A stretch of 59,512 nt of DNA, counting the filler. It is 3 parts of 3 records of this genome, joined end to end, with 100 filler letters (N's around TTAATTAATTAA, not from the genome) between each part and the next. Parts side by side here need not be neighbours in the genome. Positions count along the whole stretch, not along the records: positions 28,491 to 42,822 come from SRR20825019_1931; 2 more parts are not named here. One strand, written 5' to 3'. The notes beneath the pieces are model-generated. The model was not told the origin of the DNA. It did no database searches and saw nothing but the letters and a program-made list of their open reading frames with translations. Every line of letters begins with the position of its first letter. Position 1 is the stretch's first letter. The position numbers and the translations under genes are program-made. This document shows, one piece after another, positions 29,532-39,261 of this stretch.

Positions 29532-30708
29532 GAATGCCGCGCAGTTCGGCGAGCCCCTTCAGCCGGCCGATCGCCGGGTAGCCGGGCTGGGCCTTGCGGG
29601 TCTGGTCGTCGAGAATGTCCAGGCCGTGATCGGGCCGGAAGGGAATGTTGCAGTCGGCGCGCCCCGCAGCCTTGCGTCGCCGCTCCTCGGCGATCGCCGC
29701 CGCCATCAGCGCCACCATATCGGTATCGCCGCCAAGATGCTCGGACTCGTAGAACGACCCCTTGATGCCAGCGGTCTCGCGATGGACATTGCGCAGGTGC
29801 AGGAAATGGACCCGATCGCCAAGCCGCTCCATCATCCCCGGCAGATCGTTGTCGGGACGCGCGCCGAGCGAGCCGGAGCAGAGCGTGATGCCATTGGCAG
29901 GCAGGTCGACAGCCTCCATCATGGTCCTGTAGTCGGCTTCCGTCGACATCACCCGCGGCAGGCCCAAAAGGCCAAAGGGCGGGTCATCGGGGTGGCAGCA
30001 GAGCCTGAGACCGAACTTGTCTGCAACCGGCGCAACCTCCTCCAGGAAATCGATGAAATGGGCCCGCAGCCCCTCGGCCGAGATCGACGCATATTCGGCG
30101 AGATGCCGGCGCACATCCTCCAGCGTAAAGCTCTCGGCAGCGCCCGGAAGGCCGAAGACGATATTGCTCGCAAGATCCGCCTTGCGCGCATCGTCCATTT
30201 CAAAAAAGCGGCGGGCGGCTTCCGCGCGCACTTCCTCGTCGAAATCCTCGTCAGCGCCCGGACGCTCCAGGATATGAATATCGAAAGCTGCGAAATCGGC
30301 ATAGTCGAAGCGCATGCAGGTGGCGCCGGTCTTCAGCCGATAGGCGAGATCCGTGCGGGTCCAGTCCAGCACCGGCATGAAATTATAGCAGATCGTCTCG
30401 ATCCCGGCCCCGGCCAGGTGCTCCATGCTGATCTTGTAGTTGTCGATATGGCGGCGCCATTCGCCCTTCTGCTTCTTGATGTCTTCCGAAACAGGCAGGC
30501 TCTCGACCACATCCCATTTCAGCCCGGACGGAGCGCCGTCGCTCATCAGCGAGAGTTCGCCCTGCCGCTTTTCGATCTCGGCCGGCGTCCAGACCGCGCC
30601 CGTCGGCATATGGTGAAGCGCCGTGACCACGCCTTCGACGCCCGCCTGCAGCATGTCGTCGATCGATACGCGATCCAAAGGTCCGAACCAGCGCCATGTC
30701 TGCCGCAT
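29512..30708 (-). CDS. uxuA: Mannonate dehydratase
   Basis: WRWFGP, VVESLPV, CYNFMPVLDWTRT, HPDDPP, RPDHG, PGYPAIGRLKGLAEL. Confidence 0.96.
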   Translation of the reverse strand: MRQTWRWFGPLDRVSIDDMLQAGVEGVVTALHHMPTGAVWTPAEIEKRQGELSLMSDGAPSGLKWDVVESLPVSEDIKKQKGEWRRHIDNYKISMEHLAGAGIETICYNFMPVLDWTRTDLAYRLKTGATCMRFDYADFAAFDIHILERPGADEDFDEEVRAEAARRFFEMDDARKADLASNIVFGLPGAAESFTLEDVRRHLAEYASISAEGLRAHFIDFLEEVAPVADKFGLRLCCHPDDPPFGLLGLPRVMSTEADYRTMMEAVDLPANGITLCSGSLGARPDNDLPGMMERLGDRVHFLHLRNVHRETAGIKGSFYESEHLGGDTDMVALMAAAIAEERRRKAAGRADCNIPFRPDHGLDILDDQTRKAQPGYPAIGRLKGLAELRGILKALDR

Positions 30709-30809
30709 TCTCTCTCTCCCGAAGCTTTTTTTTCATCTCATTAGCAGCCGGACGCAAGCGCGCAAGCACCCGGTTGGCCACGCCACAGACTTAGCATTGA
30801 AATCCACTG

Positions 30810-30830
30810 TTGACTAGTATGGAAGTATGG
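30810..30830 (+). promoter_or_regulatory. Candidate promoter -35 and GntR/FadR operator
   Basis: TTGACT followed by tandem AGTATGG repeats between the divergent uxuA and gntR genes. Confidence 0.4.
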
Positions 30831-30854
30831 TGCAACTTGGAGAAACAGGGAGGA

Positions 30855-31556
30855 ATGCAAATGCTGCCAGAGACAGTGCAAACGATGATTGCGCCCGGCG
30901 CGCCGGTTGGCGCCCAGTTGCACGGCATTCTGCGTGAGCTCATTCTTCACAATGACCTGCCGCCCGGCTCCAGGCTTTCCGAGTCTGATCTGGCGGCCCG
31001 CTTCGCCGTCAGCCGCCAGCCGGTGCGTGAGGCATTCATCAAGCTTTCCGAGGAAGGCCTGCTGGAGATACGCCCGCAGCGCGGAACCTTCGTGCGCCGG
31101 ATATCGCAGGCCGCCGTCATGGATGCCCGCTTCGTGCGCGAGGCGATCGAGGCCGACATCGTCAAGCTTCTGGCCGCCAAACCCGATGCGGGGCTCATTG
31201 ATGAATTGCGGCTGCAGCTTGAAGAACAGCGCGAGGCGGCGCGCACCGACGCCGCCCGTTTCATCAAGCTCGACGAACTGTTTCACAAGACGCTGGCTGA
31301 CGCTGCCGGAAAGGCGCGGGCCTGGGCCCTGATCGAGGGGCTGAAGGTGCAGATGGACCGGGTGCGCTATCTCAGCCTGCTGCGTTTTCCGATGGTCAAG
31401 CTGACCGCCCAGCACGAAGCCATCGTCGAGGCCATCGGAGCCGGCGATCAGATAACTGCGGAAGTCGCCGTGCGCGGACACCTGCGTGAAATCCTGAGCG
31501 ACCTGCCCGCGATATTCAATGAAAAGCCTGAGTTTTTCGAGGAGCCGGGACGCTAG
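30855..31556 (+). CDS. GntR/FadR family regulator
   Basis: LSE..LA..F.VSRQPVREA HTH plus FCD domain. GGGAGG RBS; the start could be 30861. Confidence 0.92.
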   Translation: MQMLPETVQTMIAPGAPVGAQLHGILRELILHNDLPPGSRLSESDLAARFAVSRQPVREAFIKLSEEGLLEIRPQRGTFVRRISQAAVMDARFVREAIEADIVKLLAAKPDAGLIDELRLQLEEQREAARTDAARFIKLDELFHKTLADAAGKARAWALIEGLKVQMDRVRYLSLLRFPMVKLTAQHEAIVEAIGAGDQITAEVAVRGHLREILSDLPAIFNEKPEFFEEPGR

Positions 31557-31608
31557 CCCCGGACATTGCCACCGGGGTGGATCCCCGCCGTCTGAATGGG
31601 AGGACGAA

Positions 31609-32592
31609 ATGAAATACATCTCCAGTCTAAAGAGCATAGCGCTTGCCGGCGTTGCCGCAAGCCTGATGGCAGGCTCAGCGCTTGCCGCCGATTACACGCT
31701 CAGCGTCAACACGGCGCTGGCGACCACCGACCCGCTCTACAAGGGCCTTGAAGCCTTCCGCGACAATGTTGCCGAGGCCTCCGACGGCGCGCTCGAAGTG
31801 CGCCTGTTCCCGAATTCGCAGCTTGGTCCCGACGAGGACGTGCTGGAGCAGGCCCGCGCCGGCGCACCGGTTGCCGTCGTGGTCGACGGCGGCCGCCTTG
31901 CCGTTTTCGTCAACGAATTCGGCGTACTGGGCGCGCCCTACCTCGCCAATGGCTATGACGGCATCCGCAAGGTCGTCACCTCGGAGATGTTCGACGAATG
32001 GGCCGAAAAGCTGAACGATGAAGCCGGTCTCGACGTCTTGAGCTTCAACTGGTGGCAAGGCGAGCGCCACCTGCTGACCAAGAAGGAAATCAAGGGTCCG
32101 GACGATCTCGCTGGCGTGCGCATGCGCACCCCCGGCGCGCCGGTCTGGACCGGCACGATCGAAGCCATGGGCGCGACGCCGACGCCGATGCCCTGGGGAG
32201 AAGTCTATTCCGCGATCTCCTCCAACGTCATCGATGGCGCCGAAGCCCAGCTTCCCGCCGTCGTCGGCGCCAAGCTCGACGAGGTGATCACCAACATCAC
32301 GCTGACCGGCCACATCAACCTGATCACCGGCCTGATCACCTCCGCCGGATGGGTCGATTCGCTGCCGGAAAACCTGCAAACGGTCCTTCACGAGGAAGCG
32401 CTGAAGGCCGGCGACATCGCCTCCTACGGCACCAGGGACGCGCTGGCGAGCCTCGAACAGCAGTTGAAGGATAGCGGCGTGATGGTCGAGGAGATCGACG
32501 TCACCCCGTTCAAGGAAAGAACGGCCGTCGTCTATGACAATCTCGGCTATGGCGACCTGCGCGACAAACTTCAGGCGATCGCCGCGCAGTAA
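31609..32592 (+). CDS. dctP: TRAP transporter substrate-binding protein (probably a sugar acid)
   Basis: Signal peptide, FPNSQLG, GERH, MRTP, GATPTPMPWGEVY. Next to uxuA. Confidence 0.92.
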   Translation: MKYISSLKSIALAGVAASLMAGSALAADYTLSVNTALATTDPLYKGLEAFRDNVAEASDGALEVRLFPNSQLGPDEDVLEQARAGAPVAVVVDGGRLAVFVNEFGVLGAPYLANGYDGIRKVVTSEMFDEWAEKLNDEAGLDVLSFNWWQGERHLLTKKEIKGPDDLAGVRMRTPGAPVWTGTIEAMGATPTPMPWGEVYSAISSNVIDGAEAQLPAVVGAKLDEVITNITLTGHINLITGLITSAGWVDSLPENLQTVLHEEALKAGDIASYGTRDALASLEQQLKDSGVMVEEIDVTPFKERTAVVYDNLGYGDLRDKLQAIAAQ

Positions 32593-32737
32593 ATCCGGCG
32601 GATCTGCTGAAGCCACCCGGCCGCGCCTTACTGCAAAGGGCGCGACCGGACACCCTATCCGGCTTCCCCCGCGGGAAGCCCAAGGCAAACATGCCGGGGA
32701 GCGTTCCGCTGCTCGCGCCATATCGGGAGGGGCCACC

Positions 32738-33262
32738 ATGCCCGGTTTCCTCGCAAGGATCGAGTATGTCGCAGGCGCGATCCTGCTTGCGGTCATCACC
32801 TTTCTGGTCTTCATCGCCGCGACCATGCGCTTCTTCGGCCATCCGCTGATCTGGTCCGTCGACCTGGCGCAGCTTCTGTTCATCTGGCTCTGCTTCTTCG
32901 GCGCTGCCCGCGCCATGCGCGAGCGGGGGCATCTGGGCGTCGATTTTCTGGTTCGGCCGTTCCCGCACCGCTACCGGCTGGCGCTGGAAACAGCGCTCGC
33001 CGCCCTGTTTCTGGCCTTTCTGATGGTGCTTGCCTATGAGGGCTACAAGCTGACCATGCTCAACAAGGAGCGCCAGTTTGGCGATTCCGGCCTTTCCTAT
33101 GCCTGGGTGACGATTGCCGTGCCCGCCGGCTGCGTGATGCTGTCGATCTCGATCCTCGGCAATCTCTGGCAGGCCTGGCGCAATGTGAAGGACCGGACGC
33201 TGGTGTTCACCCGCACCGCCGCCTACGACGAGCCGGTGATCCACCCCGGCGCGGCGGAGTAG
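32738..33262 (+). CDS. dctQ: TRAP small permease
   Basis: Four TM segments, W..DLAQLLFIW, HLGVD. RBS present. Confidence 0.9.
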   Translation: MPGFLARIEYVAGAILLAVITFLVFIAATMRFFGHPLIWSVDLAQLLFIWLCFFGAARAMRERGHLGVDFLVRPFPHRYRLALETALAALFLAFLMVLAYEGYKLTMLNKERQFGDSGLSYAWVTIAVPAGCVMLSISILGNLWQAWRNVKDRTLVFTRTAAYDEPVIHPGAAE

Positions 33263-33266
33263 ACCG

Positions 33267-34547
33267 ATGGCCCTGATCGGTATCGTGTTCTTCGCCCTGA
33301 TGCTGCTTGGCGCACCGATTGCCTTCGCGATCGGGATATCGGGTTTCACCTTCTTTCTGACCTCGGACATCATGCCGGTTTCGATCGGCGTCCAGAAGAT
33401 CGCGACCGTCTCGCAGAGCTTCCCGCTGCTGGCGGTGCCGTTTTTCGTGCTGGCAGGCCACCTAATGAACGAAAGCGGCATCACCGACCGGCTGTTCACC
33501 TTCTCCAAGGTGGCCGTCGGCTGGATGGCCGGGGGTCTGGCGCAGGTCTCGATCATCCTGTCGACGCTGATGGGCGGCGTCTCCGGCTCGGCCGTTGCCG
33601 ATGCGGCGATGGAAGCGCGCGTGCTCGGCCCGCAGATGATTTCAAACGGCTATTCCAAGGGCTATTCCTCAGCCGTGATCGCGATGTCCTCGCTGATCAC
33701 CGCGACCATTCCGCCGTCGATCGGCCTGATCCTCTATGGCTATGTCGGCCAGGTCTCGATCGGCCGGCTGTTCATGGCGGGCATCGTCCCCGGCGTGCTG
33801 ATGATGGCGTTCCTGATGGTCGCCGCCTGGCTGGTCGCCCGCAAGCGCAACTACGTCATGAGCGATATGAGGAAGCCGACGCCCGGCGAACTCGGCCGCG
33901 CTGCCTGGGGCGCCAAATGGGCGCTGCTGTTTCCCGTGCTTCTGATCGGCTCGATCCGCGGCGGGCTGTTCACGCCCTCGGAAGTCGGCGCGTTCGCGGT
34001 GGTCTACGCGATCGTCGTCGGCGTCTTCGCCCACCGGGTGATGACCTTTGCGACGATCAAGCGCGCCTTTGGCCATGCGCTGTCGGATATCGGCCTGATC
34101 ATGCTGATCATCCTGATGTCGGGCATGATCGGGTTCGCGATCATCTTCCTTCAGGTGCCGCAGAGTGTCGCCGGCTTCATGCTCGAAAGCCTCGCCAACC
34201 CGGTTCTGATCGTCACCGTGATCCTGATCAGCCTGTTCATTGCCGGCCTGTTTTTCGAAAGCACGATCCTGGTTCTGCTGCTGACGCCGATCCTCGTGCC
34301 GGTCGTGGTCAAGGCGGGCGTCGACCCGGTGCATTTCGGCATCCTGATGATGACCATCGTCACCTTCGGCAGCATGACGCCGCCGGTCGGCGTCGCGATG
34401 TTCACGGTGTGCAGCCTGCTCGATACCAAAATCGAGGACTATGTCAGGGAATCCTGGCCGTTCATCGCCGCCATCCTGGCGCTGGTGGCGCTGCTTCTGT
34501 TCGTGCCGGGCATCGTGCTGTTCCTGCCGAACCTGATGTACGGATAG
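33267..34547 (+). CDS. dctM: TRAP large permease
   Basis: LLAVPFFVLAG, SGSAVAD, IPPSI, DPVHFG, TPPVG. Confidence 0.95.
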   Translation: MALIGIVFFALMLLGAPIAFAIGISGFTFFLTSDIMPVSIGVQKIATVSQSFPLLAVPFFVLAGHLMNESGITDRLFTFSKVAVGWMAGGLAQVSIILSTLMGGVSGSAVADAAMEARVLGPQMISNGYSKGYSSAVIAMSSLITATIPPSIGLILYGYVGQVSIGRLFMAGIVPGVLMMAFLMVAAWLVARKRNYVMSDMRKPTPGELGRAAWGAKWALLFPVLLIGSIRGGLFTPSEVGAFAVVYAIVVGVFAHRVMTFATIKRAFGHALSDIGLIMLIILMSGMIGFAIIFLQVPQSVAGFMLESLANPVLIVTVILISLFIAGLFFESTILVLLLTPILVPVVVKAGVDPVHFGILMMTIVTFGSMTPPVGVAMFTVCSLLDTKIEDYVRESWPFIAAILALVALLLFVPGIVLFLPNLMYG

Positions 34548-34743
34548 GCGTCTCGCGCGGGAAGATACCCGTTTCAGCCCCCCGGCGAACAAATATCCCT
34601 GTGATCCCGAATGACAACTTGGAGATAGTTGAACCGCGCCCCCTGATCGGTTTAGTGCAGCACATACCAAAGCGCGCCACATTCGGGACGTTTCAGCGCG
34701 CCGGATTGCAAGCAACGGCAGGATGCCGCAGGGGATATCGTTG

Positions 34744-36051
34744 ATGAACAAATCGGGTGAACTGAGCCTGCTTCACCGCTGGTTTCGCGGCCTGTCTCTG
34801 CGCGCCTGGCTGATCGTCGGCTTCATGATGGCGCTGCTGCCGGTCGCGACCCTTTCGGGCTTCTGGTATCTCGACTATCGCGATCAACTGCGCGAACCCT
34901 TTCGGCAGGTCCTCCACATCCAGCACAACGTGTCGCTGGCGCTGGAGCGGATCCAGGGCAATCTCTGGAATATCGCCACGGACGTCAACGATTTCGCGCA
35001 AACCGGCGATGAAAGCTACCGCAATCGTTTCGAGGTGGCGGAGCGCGAGATCGCCGCCAACCTGCGCGACCTGGAGATGATAACGGAGGCGTATCCCTCG
35101 TTCGATCCAGTGCTTGAGGGCGTGCGCCAGCAATGGGCGTTGCTGCTCGATGCCGCGTCAAACGTCAGGCCTCAGCCCGGCACAGCCGATCAATCGGTGA
35201 TGCGCTTCGAAAGCGTGATCGGCGAAACCGGCAAGCGCGTGGAAAGCATTGCCGAGAGCATGCGCCTGATGAATGAGGAGAGCCACCTGGAAGCGCTTGC
35301 CACGATGGAACGCCTCGACCGCTTTGCCGCGATTGCGGGCGTTCTGGCGCTGGCGTTCGCGGGGATCGGCATAGTCATCATCGACCAGGCGCTGATCCGC
35401 AGCACCGACAAATTGGTCGAGGGCGCGCTGCTGGTTGCCGGCGGCACGCGCAATCGCGAAATCGAGGTGCAGGTCCCGCCGGAACTTGCCTCGGTGGCGC
35501 AGGCCTTCAACACCATGCTCAAGCAGATCAACCAACAGGAAAACGCCCTCGCCGCGGCCGCGCGCGCCGACGGGCTGACGGGCTTGCTCAACCGCCGCGA
35601 GTTCGACCGGGCAATCGACGAGGCCATCGCCGTGGCGCAGGAGAGCGGCGAGCCGTTCTCGTTTCTGATGATCGACGTCGACCATTTCAAGCAGTTCAAC
35701 GATACCCACGGTCACCTCGCGGGCGATGACGCGCTCAGGCAGGTGGCCGAGACGATCGCAATGGCCGCGCGCGCAACCGACCGGGCATATCGCTATGGCG
35801 GCGAGGAATTCGCGATGATCCTGCCTGGGCTCAGAACCTACGAGGCAACAGCGATCGCCGAGCGTTTGTGCAATACCATCGCCGCCCAGACGCTGATCCT
35901 GCCCGACGGACAGAAGCAGACGCTGACGGTCAGCATCGGCATTTCCGTCTTCAGCCCACGGGTGTCGCCGCCCAATATCATCGAACTCGCCGACCGCGCG
36001 CTCTATGCCGCCAAGCTGCAGGGCCGCAACCAGGTGAAGGTCACGAGCTGA
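34744..36051 (+). CDS. Membrane-bound diguanylate cyclase (periplasmic sensor, HAMP, GGDEF)
   Basis: Two TM segments, DGLTGLLNRR, DVDHFKQFND, RxxD I-site and GGEEF. Start approximate. Confidence 0.92.
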   Translation: MNKSGELSLLHRWFRGLSLRAWLIVGFMMALLPVATLSGFWYLDYRDQLREPFRQVLHIQHNVSLALERIQGNLWNIATDVNDFAQTGDESYRNRFEVAEREIAANLRDLEMITEAYPSFDPVLEGVRQQWALLLDAASNVRPQPGTADQSVMRFESVIGETGKRVESIAESMRLMNEESHLEALATMERLDRFAAIAGVLALAFAGIGIVIIDQALIRSTDKLVEGALLVAGGTRNREIEVQVPPELASVAQAFNTMLKQINQQENALAAAARADGLTGLLNRREFDRAIDEAIAVAQESGEPFSFLMIDVDHFKQFNDTHGHLAGDDALRQVAETIAMAARATDRAYRYGGEEFAMILPGLRTYEATAIAERLCNTIAAQTLILPDGQKQTLTVSIGISVFSPRVSPPNIIELADRALYAAKLQGRNQVKVTS

Positions 36052-36062
36052 GCGGCTGTTCT

Positions 36063-37061
36063 TCAGCCCTGCTCGACCGCCTCGATTGCGCTCATCCCTC
36101 CGACGACGGGCGCAAAATCGGACCAGACCGCCCGCGCCCCCGCGCGCCAGGCGTCCATATCCTCCGGCTCCAGGAAGGTCGCGCCATTGGCCTTGGCAAG
36201 GGCTACCGATTGCGCCTCGTCCTCGAAGATCAGGCGATTGAAATAGAGCGCCGCTTCGGATGAGATGGCGCTGAGGACGGCCTGCGTGTCGGGGTCCAGG
36301 CTGTTCCAGAAGCCGGCGGAAAAATAGATCACCCCGGAGGCCCGGATATGGCCGGTCTCGGTCATGAACGGCACAACCTCGTAAAGCCTGAATCCGGCAT
36401 AGGCCGATTTCGTCAGATCCATCGCATCCGCCACCCCGGAGGCCAGCGCATTATAGGTTTCGGTGATCGGAATGCCGACCGGCGTCGCGCCATAGGCGCT
36501 CCACAGGCGGGTGTGGAGGGGCGTATTGATGACGCGGATGGTCTTGCCCTCCATCTGCCCGGGCCGCGTGATCGGCTCCTTGGCAAGCAGGTTGCGGGCG
36601 CCGTAATCGATGAAGCCGCCGACGATGAACTGCTCGCGCGCAAGCTTTTCCGAAAAGTCTTCGCCGACCGGACCGTCGACCACATCGCGAAGATGACCGG
36701 CATCGCGAAACAGGAATGGCAGGTCGAGAAGCTGCAATTGCGGCACCCACGCCGAAAGCGCCGAAACGGTGGAGAGACTGGCCTGCACCGATCCAAGGCG
36801 GATATTTTCCGCCACCTGCTTTTCGCCGCCCAGCGCGCCATTGGTCACGATCCGGAAACGGAACCGCCCCGGAAGCCGCCGCTCGGCCTCATCAGCAAAG
36901 AAGCGCCAGACCCGGGTTTCGGGCTTGTCCTCGCCGAGAAGCGAGGCGACGACGATATCGCGCGTGGCGGCGTTGGCCGTCCGGATAGTGGCAGGGGCGG
37001 CAAGAAATACTCCGGCGGCGGCGGCGGTTTTGAGCAATTCGCGACGGTTGAGAGAAGACAT
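36063..37061 (-). CDS. dctP: TRAP substrate-binding protein with Tat signal
   Basis: NRRELLK Tat motif, NGALGGE, DLPFLF, KTIRV, ETYNALASG. Confidence 0.9.
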   Translation of the reverse strand: MSSLNRRELLKTAAAAGVFLAAPATIRTANAATRDIVVASLLGEDKPETRVWRFFADEAERRLPGRFRFRIVTNGALGGEKQVAENIRLGSVQASLSTVSALSAWVPQLQLLDLPFLFRDAGHLRDVVDGPVGEDFSEKLAREQFIVGGFIDYGARNLLAKEPITRPGQMEGKTIRVINTPLHTRLWSAYGATPVGIPITETYNALASGVADAMDLTKSAYAGFRLYEVVPFMTETGHIRASGVIYFSAGFWNSLDPDTQAVLSAISSEAALYFNRLIFEDEAQSVALAKANGATFLEPEDMDAWRAGARAVWSDFAPVVGGMSAIEAVEQG

Positions 37062-37073
37062 GGGGACATCCTT

Positions 37074-38882
37074 TCAGAAAAAAACAGCGAGGACGCTGAG
37101 GACGAACAAGGCGGCGAGAAGCGCCAGAAGAAACGGACGCATCGCCTTAAACAGGGCCTCGGGCGAAAGGCCGGTGACGCCGCCGACCACGAAGACCAAC
37201 ATGCCCACCGGCGGCGTGAGCCCGCCAATCATCAGGTTGACGACCAGGATGACGCCAAAGCGGATCGGATCGATTCCGGCGGAAACGGCGACCGGCAGAA
37301 GCACAGGCCCGAAAAGTAGGATCGCCGCTCCGATATCCATCACCAGACCGGCGAGCAGCAGAATTGCGTTTGCAAGCAGGAGAACGGCAACAGCGCCGCC
37401 TCCGAGCATCATGGCCGCCTGGCTGACCACCCCGGCGATATCGTCGACGGCCAGCAGGAAGGCGACCGGGGCCGCCGCACCGATCAGCAGGCCGATCGCC
37501 GCCGCCTCGGCCGCCGACTGGCGGAAGGTCGCGACAAGGCTCTCCCCGGAGCGACGGGACAGCACGGCCAGGATGAGCGCGTAGGTGGCCGCCAGCGCCG
37601 CCGCCTCCGTGGTGGTGACGATGCCAAGGCGAATGCCGAACACCACGATCAGGCCGAGACCGAAGGCCGGCAGGGCCGCGATCCCGGCGCGCCTGCGCAT
37701 GGCTCTCGAAGCCGGTGGTCCGCCGCTCGGGACAGTCGACACAAACCTTATGGCGACGGCGAGAAAAGCGGCCATCAACAGGCCGGCAAACAGCCCGCCG
37801 ACGAGCAGCGCGCCGACCGAAAGATTGGTCGCCGTCGCCAGGATGAGAAAGGCGATCGATGGAGGAATCACATTGTCGAGAACGGAGGATGCGGCGACAA
37901 GCGCCCCGGCGCGGGCGGGCGGATAGCCGTGCCGCACCAGTTCTGGGTGGAACGTCGAGGCGGCAAAGGCGGCATTGGCGACGGAGGAACCGGACGCCCC
38001 TGAAAACAGAACGCCGGTCAGGAGCGTCGTCTGCGCCAGCCCGCCGCGATAATGACCGACCAGCGAAGCCGCGAATGTCACAAGTTTGCCGGCCGCGCCA
38101 GACAGTTTCAAAAACGCGCCCGCGAGGAGAAAGAAAGGGACCGCCAGCAACAGGAATTTCGACATACCGGCAACGGCATTGACGATGATCGCCTGCTCCG
38201 TCTGCAGCGCGCCAAAGGCGATCGCGACATAGGACGACGCCAGAAAGACGTGGGCGAGCGGCGCGCCCGCCAGCAGACCGAGACCGGCGGCAACCACAAG
38301 CGGCAGGCTTGCCGGCAGTCCGGAACCGATCGCAAGCCGGCCGGCCACCGCGTAGACAACGCCGCCGAAGATCAGGGCGAAAAGCAGCGACCAGCCGGCG
38401 GAACGCTCCAGCCGGCGCAGGCACAGCAGCGCGAGCAACCCCAGACCGCCGAAGGCGGGAAAGGTGAAGCGGACCCACTCCGGCAGCCCGAGCGTCGGCG
38501 ACGTACCGCCGAGCCCCAGGCTCGCCCCGATGCCGCCGAGGAGGAGGATCAGCCCGGCGACAACGCTGACGCCGTCGGCCACCACCCGCAGTCCCCCGGA
38601 TGCGCGACCGGGCAAGCGCTTTGCGAGACCGTCGAACCGCATCGACAGCGGACCGGAGAAGGTCAATGGCAGACCTGCGGAAATCAGTCCGACGTTCAGC
38701 CAGATGCCGAGATCCTCCATGCCGATGACGCCGGTGTGAAAGACATAGCGCAGGACGACGCCGGTCATGACAAGCGCCAGCATCGCCATCAGAATGGCTG
38801 CTGCGAGCAGGCCGAGGGCGGTTTCCAGCCCGTCCGCAAGCCATCCGGCCGCGCGACGAATTGCCGTTGCGGCCAGGGTCAC
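37074..38882 (-). CDS. Fused TRAP permease (DctQ-DctM)
   Basis: N-terminal DctQ-like 4 TM (RYVF) plus LLAVPFFLLAG, SGSSVANAA, IPPSI, TPPVG. Start uncertain; GTG at 38882 is inferred. Confidence 0.88.
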   Translation of the reverse strand: MTLAATAIRRAAGWLADGLETALGLLAAAILMAMLALVMTGVVLRYVFHTGVIGMEDLGIWLNVGLISAGLPLTFSGPLSMRFDGLAKRLPGRASGGLRVVADGVSVVAGLILLLGGIGASLGLGGTSPTLGLPEWVRFTFPAFGGLGLLALLCLRRLERSAGWSLLFALIFGGVVYAVAGRLAIGSGLPASLPLVVAAGLGLLAGAPLAHVFLASSYVAIAFGALQTEQAIIVNAVAGMSKFLLLAVPFFLLAGAFLKLSGAAGKLVTFAASLVGHYRGGLAQTTLLTGVLFSGASGSSVANAAFAASTFHPELVRHGYPPARAGALVAASSVLDNVIPPSIAFLILATATNLSVGALLVGGLFAGLLMAAFLAVAIRFVSTVPSGGPPASRAMRRRAGIAALPAFGLGLIVVFGIRLGIVTTTEAAALAATYALILAVLSRRSGESLVATFRQSAAEAAAIGLLIGAAAPVAFLLAVDDIAGVVSQAAMMLGGGAVAVLLLANAILLLAGLVMDIGAAILLFGPVLLPVAVSAGIDPIRFGVILVVNLMIGGLTPPVGMLVFVVGGVTGLSPEALFKAMRPFLLALLAALFVLSVLAVFF

Positions 38883-38974
38883 AACCGGCACGGCCTGTCG
38901 ACGACGCATGCACGGCCGTCCTGGCGGCAGAGCCATTGCCGGTCTGCGGTTCTCGTCGGGAGGCAAGGCTTCAT
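38879..38974 (-). CDS. Putative 31-aa leader ORF (MKPCLPTRTADRQWLCRQDGRACVVDRPCRL)
   Basis: GGAG RBS 8 nt before the ATG. Its TGA overlaps an in-frame GTG of the permease (GTGA). Confidence 0.45.
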   Translation of the reverse strand: MKPCLPTRTADRQWLCRQDGRACVVDRPCRL

Positions 38975-39045
38975 GGTGCGATCTCCAGGATGTTGCAATC
39001 ACGGAGACCGGCGGAGAAGAGAAACACTATGGCGAAGCGGCCAAA

Positions 39046-39136
39046 TTTTCCGTTCCTACGCCGGCATGACCCGGATCAGGTTCAAGGGTCCGGCTCCACG
39101 CCGTCTCAGCATCGCATGATGCACCCCTCGGAATAG
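39046..39136 (-). promoter_or_regulatory. TPP riboswitch (THI element)
   Basis: Minus strand reads TTCCGAGGGGTGC...GCTGAGA...ACCCTTGAACCTGATCCGGGTCATGCCGGCGTAGGAACGGAA. All hallmark blocks are present, with P1 TTCCG/CGGAA. Confidence 0.95.
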
Positions 39137-39261
39137 TCAGGTTTTGTCCGCCTTTCAGGCCTCTGTCAATGGCATGGCGCGTGCGCGGCGCCCGGTGGCG
39201 GGTACTTCGACAGCCGGCGATATCCGGAAAAGCCTGTCGGGAACACGCTATCGGCGCTGGC

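Noticed and set aside
29485-30744. 419-aa ORF antisense to uxuA (similarly 31675-32916, 44677-46020, 49061-50665, 56196-57512)
   Set aside because: Shadow ORFs expected from high-GC codon bias opposite well-supported genes.
32593-32737. Hairpins between dctP and dctQ as an ncRNA
   Set aside because: Stem-loops after SBP genes commonly stabilise mRNA; no family motif was recognised.
37147-38913. 588-aa Arg-rich ORF overlapping the TRAP permease
   Set aside because: Off-frame, Arg/Pro/Gly-rich composition typical of GC-rich non-coding frames.
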